Under the pieces are notes generated by a model. It saw only the letters and a list, made by a program, of their open reading frames with translations. It was not told the DNA's origin and did no database searches. From Capsulimonadales bacterium (GTDB lineage Bacteria > Armatimonadota > Armatimonadia > Armatimonadales > Armatimonadaceae): a stretch of DNA of 64,000 nt. Below are positions 60,363-64,000 of the stretch, in pieces (within the stretch, counting starts at the first letter, position 1; the number at the start of each line of letters is the position of its first letter). The stretch lies in NCBI GenBank assembly GCA_033762295.1, contig JANRLW010000085.1:1-64000 (forward strand), written 5' to 3'. Position numbers and translations under genes: made by a program.

Positions 60363-60874
60363 ACCGGGGATGCGGCGCCGGACTGCGACGGTTCCCCGCT
60401 TCCGACCGATCGGTACTGATCATCGAGCGCCTGGCATGTCTCGAAGAGGGCGATCGCCCGACGAATCGCCGGAATCAGATCGGCATGCGCGATCGGTTTC
60501 ACCAGGTAGGCGCATGCGCCCGCTTCGATGGCCTCATCGACATGCTCGACATCCCCGTAGGCGGTCAGCATGATAATCGGCAACGGATGCTCCGCCGTCA
60601 GACGCCGTGTCGCCTCGATGCCGCTCATTCCCGGCATATTGATATCCATCAGGACGAAGTCCGGCCGCGTCGCCCGGGCCAGTTCGATCCCGGCCTGCCC
60701 CTCCTTCGCCTTTCCGACGACCTGAATGCCGGCATTCCGCAGAGTGCGCTCGAGCAGCAGAACCGTCAATGGTTCGTCCTCGCAAATTAATGCCCGTAAC
60801 CCGGTCTCGATTGAGTCCGTTGTCGCGGGGGCCCCTTCGCTACCGCGTTCTTCCGTTTCCGTCATTCGCCTCAT
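60356..60874 (-). CDS. Single-domain response regulator (AmiR/PdtaR-like receiver, no ANTAR domain)
   Basis: 'ICEDE', 'PDFVLMDINMP', 'IMLTAY', 'AYLVKP..DLIPAI..A..LF'; AAGGAG RBS. Confidence 0.85.
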   Translation of the reverse strand: MRRMTETEERGSEGAPATTDSIETGLRALICEDEPLTVLLLERTLRNAGIQVVGKAKEGQAGIELARATRPDFVLMDINMPGMSGIEATRRLTAEHPLPIIMLTAYGDVEHVDEAIEAGACAYLVKPIAHADLIPAIRRAIALFETCQALDDQYRSVGSGEPSQSGAASPVQ

Positions 60875-61151
60875 CTCCTTTTGCCTCAGCCGTTGTGATC
60901 CCCTTCCACACATAAATATTACGTAATAAATTCGACAAAGGTTGCCTTCTTCACGCGATGCAACACCCCCGGAATCTCAGGCGATCCCTTCCCGGATTCG
61001 CGGAAGTGCCGGGACTTCCGCCCTTATCTGCTAAAATAGGCAGGTTCGTCCGGGGAGAACGTTTTTTCTGACGGCCCGTGATCGCAAATCCTTCGACAAT
61101 TACCGATCCGCATCGATACTCGGGCTTCGATCCGACAAGAGGGAGGGCCGT

Positions 61152-61922
61152 ATGCCAGCCTTTCGCGCAATGACCTTTAATGTCCGACAGATGGATGGGG
61201 ACGACGGCGCCCATTCCTGGCCGTTTCGACGGCAGGCGCTCGTCCATACCCTCCGTCAGTGCCGACCCACCGTTCTCGGAACGCAGGAAACCTGGGCGGA
61301 GCAGGCCGCCTACATCCGCGAGCATCTGCCCGACCTGGGCAGTTTCGGGCGTGGACGGTACGGCGACGACCGCGACAAACACAACACCGTCTTCTTCGAT
61401 CGGCATCGTCTGACCTTGCGGGCATCCGGGGAACGCTGGTTTTCCGCCACCCCGGAGGTTCCCGGTTCGCGAGCCTGGGGCATTCCCAGTCCCCGCATGG
61501 TCACCTGGGGGCTTCTGGAATGGCGCGAGGGCGGCCTTCTCCTCGTGCTGAACACCCATTTTCCGTACCATAGCGGCGGTGAGGAGGCACGTCGCCAGTC
61601 GGCCCGCCTGGTCAGAGAAACTCTGGCCGATCATCCGTCCGATGTCCCGGCCCTCCTGCTGGGCGACTTCAATGCCCTTCCGAACGGGGAGGTGTACGAC
61701 CTTCTGACACAGGACCTGACCGATACCTGGGTGGAAGCGGAGCATCGGACCGGACCGGAAGGCACGGTCCACGGGTTTGGCCGGTGGGACGGTCCGCGTA
61801 TCGACTGGATTCTGCATCGGAACTGCGGACGGGTGACACGGACGGAAATCGTCACGGCAACGTTCGACGGGTTGTATCCGTCCGACCACTATCCGGTTTA
61901 CGCCGACTTCAACGACGAATAA
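61152..61922 (+). CDS. Endonuclease/exonuclease/phosphatase family protein
   Basis: 'MTFNVR', 'GTQE', 'NTHF', 'GDFNA', 'RIDWI', 'PSDHYPV'. Confidence 0.92.
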   Translation: MPAFRAMTFNVRQMDGDDGAHSWPFRRQALVHTLRQCRPTVLGTQETWAEQAAYIREHLPDLGSFGRGRYGDDRDKHNTVFFDRHRLTLRASGERWFSATPEVPGSRAWGIPSPRMVTWGLLEWREGGLLLVLNTHFPYHSGGEEARRQSARLVRETLADHPSDVPALLLGDFNALPNGEVYDLLTQDLTDTWVEAEHRTGPEGTVHGFGRWDGPRIDWILHRNCGRVTRTEIVTATFDGLYPSDHYPVYADFNDE

Positions 61923-61934
61923 GCGTCGACGGTC

Positions 61935-62579
61935 TTACGCGCCGTCGGCGATCAGCCGGGTGAGAATCGCATGCAGAACCCGTGCGGGCGTGCCGATCGC
62001 ATCTACCTGAACGATCCTCTCAGGCGCATAAAAGTCAAGAACGGGGCGAGACTCCTCCTCGTAGACACGCCATCGGCGACGAATCACCTCGTCGCTGGCG
62101 TCGTCGAGGCGGTTTTCCTTCAACGCTCGTCGACGCAGACGCTCCATCATCAGTTCCTCGTCGGAGCAGATCAGGTAGAAAATACGGCTGACGTCTATAT
62201 ACTTTTCGAGCATGCTCGCCTGTTCGACGTTGCGAGGGATTCCATCCAGCACGAGAAAGTCACGGGAGGGAACGAAGACATGGGTGGTGACCAGACCGTC
62301 GATGAACGCTTCCCAGAGCGCAATCGTCGTGTCGTCCGGCACCAGCAAGCCCTTGGACGAGTACCGGATGAACTCCTGACCGATCGGGGAGGTATAATCC
62401 AGGTTCCGAAAGACATCGCCGCAGGCGACATGGACGAACCCCGGCACCGAACCGAGCGCCTTGCCCACGGTCCCTTTTCCCGCGCCGGGTGCGCCGAACA
62501 ACAGGATCGACCGATAGCGCGGATGCCTCGGAGGATAGATATCGGGAACGTTCTCCGTTCCGGTCAGGGTTCCTGGCAT
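61935..62579 (-). CDS. Adenylate/nucleoside-monophosphate kinase family protein
   Basis: 'LFGAPGAGKGT', 'GDVFR', 'GLLVPD', 'LDGIPRN..QA', 'RLDD'. Confidence 0.88.
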   Translation of the reverse strand: MPGTLTGTENVPDIYPPRHPRYRSILLFGAPGAGKGTVGKALGSVPGFVHVACGDVFRNLDYTSPIGQEFIRYSSKGLLVPDDTTIALWEAFIDGLVTTHVFVPSRDFLVLDGIPRNVEQASMLEKYIDVSRIFYLICSDEELMMERLRRRALKENRLDDASDEVIRRRWRVYEEESRPVLDFYAPERIVQVDAIGTPARVLHAILTRLIADGA

Positions 62580-63994
62580 TACGGGGTCCTCGACGACACC
62601 GAGGTCGCCATGTCTCGTCCGATGACGACGGTAATATCCGCCGGGTCTTCTTCCACCTCCGGGCCGGATTTCTCCGACCAGGCTTCCTTCACCGGAGTTC
62701 CGCCGCCCAGAAGGACCGCCACCTTTTCCGCCCGCCGCGCCACCGAGGCCGTGTGGAAGACGATCCGGGTTCTTTCGACCTCGTGTCCGCCCTCACCGCG
62801 ATCGGCGTTCCCGACGCTCCGGACATCATAGCCCTCGGACCGGAGCCGTTCGGCGAAGCGATTGCCCACGCCGACCGTGTCGGTTCCGTTCCGCACCTCC
62901 ACGACGGTCAGACGCCGGGACGCCGGTTCATCGCCGCGCAGGAGCCAGTCGACCATCGCCTGCTTCTTTTCCTCGTCCACATGGAAAAAGAACCCCCGAC
63001 CGCCGAGGGCGGAGGAGGACATCTTACCGTATCCCTTCAGCGTTCCGCTCTCCATTCGATCCGACTTGATATCGTGAAACAGGGAAACCAGGGCAAAGAT
63101 CTGCATCCGATCCAGGTCCGTATCCACCTGATCGAGTCCGACATTGATCAGTTCGTCCATCCTCAGCAGGTTTTGCGGTTGCTGCGCCTTCGCGGCCATC
63201 GCACGGATCAGTTGCTGCTGACGTGCCATTCGCCGGGGTTCGCCCTCCTCGCGAGAATGGATGATCTCCCGGCGGGGTTTGCGGAGGAATTCGGTGCGGG
63301 AACCGGGTACGGGGATCGGGGAGTGATCGGGATTCCTCTTGTAGATATCCGCTTCCCGGAATCGTGCGAAGCCGATCGCCTGCTCACCGTTGATGGTCTG
63401 CCGGCCCTTCGGCAGGTCGACGAACAGTCGAGCCGCCCAGTCGTTGTAAACCAGTCGGTCGACCGTTTCGACCTCCACACCGCCCAGCGCATCGACGATC
63501 TTTTTCAGAGCGTCGGGTTTGACCGCCACATAGTAGTCCGGTTTGACGCCGAGCAGATCGCCGACCGTCGCCGCAAGTAACGGATACCCGCCGCGCTTGT
63601 AGGTGCCGTTGATCTTTCCCTCGATCATGACATCGCTTCCGAGGGTCTCCGGGGCGCGAACCAGGGTATCGCGCGGAACGGACAGCATGGACACTTTCTT
63701 GTTCGCAAGGTCCAGCGAAACCATGGCGATGGTGTCGCTCCGCGTGTTCTTCGAGGTTCGGAAGCCACGCAGTTTGGGATTTTTTGCCGTCCAGTCGTAG
63801 TCGTAATCCTTGCCGATCAGCAGAATGTTCACCCGGTTTCTCTCCGGAAAGAGCGAACGCGGGTTGGCGAGCGGCTTCCAGAGAGCCGCAGCCCCCTTTC
63901 CGTTACTGACCTTTTCCGCGCTCCGGTAGAGCACGCCGGCAGCGACCCCGGCAATCATCAGCAGGAAAAGAACGATGTAACCAAGAACCCCCAT
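62579..63994 (-). CDS. LCP (LytR-CpsA-Psr) family protein with LytR_C-like domain
   Basis: N-terminal TM, 'NILLIG.D', 'RSDTI', 'SVPRDT', 'KIN', 'VDALGGV', 'FARFR', 'RQQQLI'; C-terminal 'VEVRNGT..VVIGRD'; true start may lie beyond the window edge. Confidence 0.9.
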   Translation of the reverse strand: MGVLGYIVLFLLMIAGVAAGVLYRSAEKVSNGKGAAALWKPLANPRSLFPERNRVNILLIGKDYDYDWTAKNPKLRGFRTSKNTRSDTIAMVSLDLANKKVSMLSVPRDTLVRAPETLGSDVMIEGKINGTYKRGGYPLLAATVGDLLGVKPDYYVAVKPDALKKIVDALGGVEVETVDRLVYNDWAARLFVDLPKGRQTINGEQAIGFARFREADIYKRNPDHSPIPVPGSRTEFLRKPRREIIHSREEGEPRRMARQQQLIRAMAAKAQQPQNLLRMDELINVGLDQVDTDLDRMQIFALVSLFHDIKSDRMESGTLKGYGKMSSSALGGRGFFFHVDEEKKQAMVDWLLRGDEPASRRLTVVEVRNGTDTVGVGNRFAERLRSEGYDVRSVGNADRGEGGHEVERTRIVFHTASVARRAEKVAVLLGGGTPVKEAWSEKSGPEVEEDPADITVVIGRDMATSVSSRTP

Positions 63995-64000
63995 CCGCGC

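Overview
GC-rich chromosomal window of about 53 CDSs. It is most likely from an Armatimonadota bacterium (inference from three prepilin-type/DUF1559 H-X9-DG proteins sharing the '[29 protein letters not shown]' leader and from repeated Uma2 genes). Recognisable genes are lepB, hisG, hsp20-lon, metH, a PilT/PilU ATPase, CPD photolyase, csaB, sdpR-sdpI, an adenylate-kinase-like gene and an LCP gene. No rRNA, tRNA, CRISPR array, integrase or transposase was seen. The most notable observations are: (1) a stand-alone NrS-1-type primase-polymerase whose catalytic residues are replaced (DxD to RxG, His to Thr) but which keeps its helical-bundle domain and carries a C-terminal HTH instead of a helicase; (2) an AT-shifted, abutting pair of an active P-loop ATPase and a degenerate-ATPase/TPR-array protein, resembling a split NLR/STAND-like system; (3) a Pho-box-like 11-bp-period repeat upstream of a prepilin-like gene coupled to an exported glycerophosphodiesterase; (4) an M48-DUF5693-csaB-giant beta-barrel envelope cluster with SprA-like motifs; (5) several directly readable operators (HAIR-like at hsp20-lon, 9-bp repeats at an RHH gene, a palindrome at sdpR) and recurrent leaderless-type promoters. 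All family assignments come from motif recognition by eye, not database searches.
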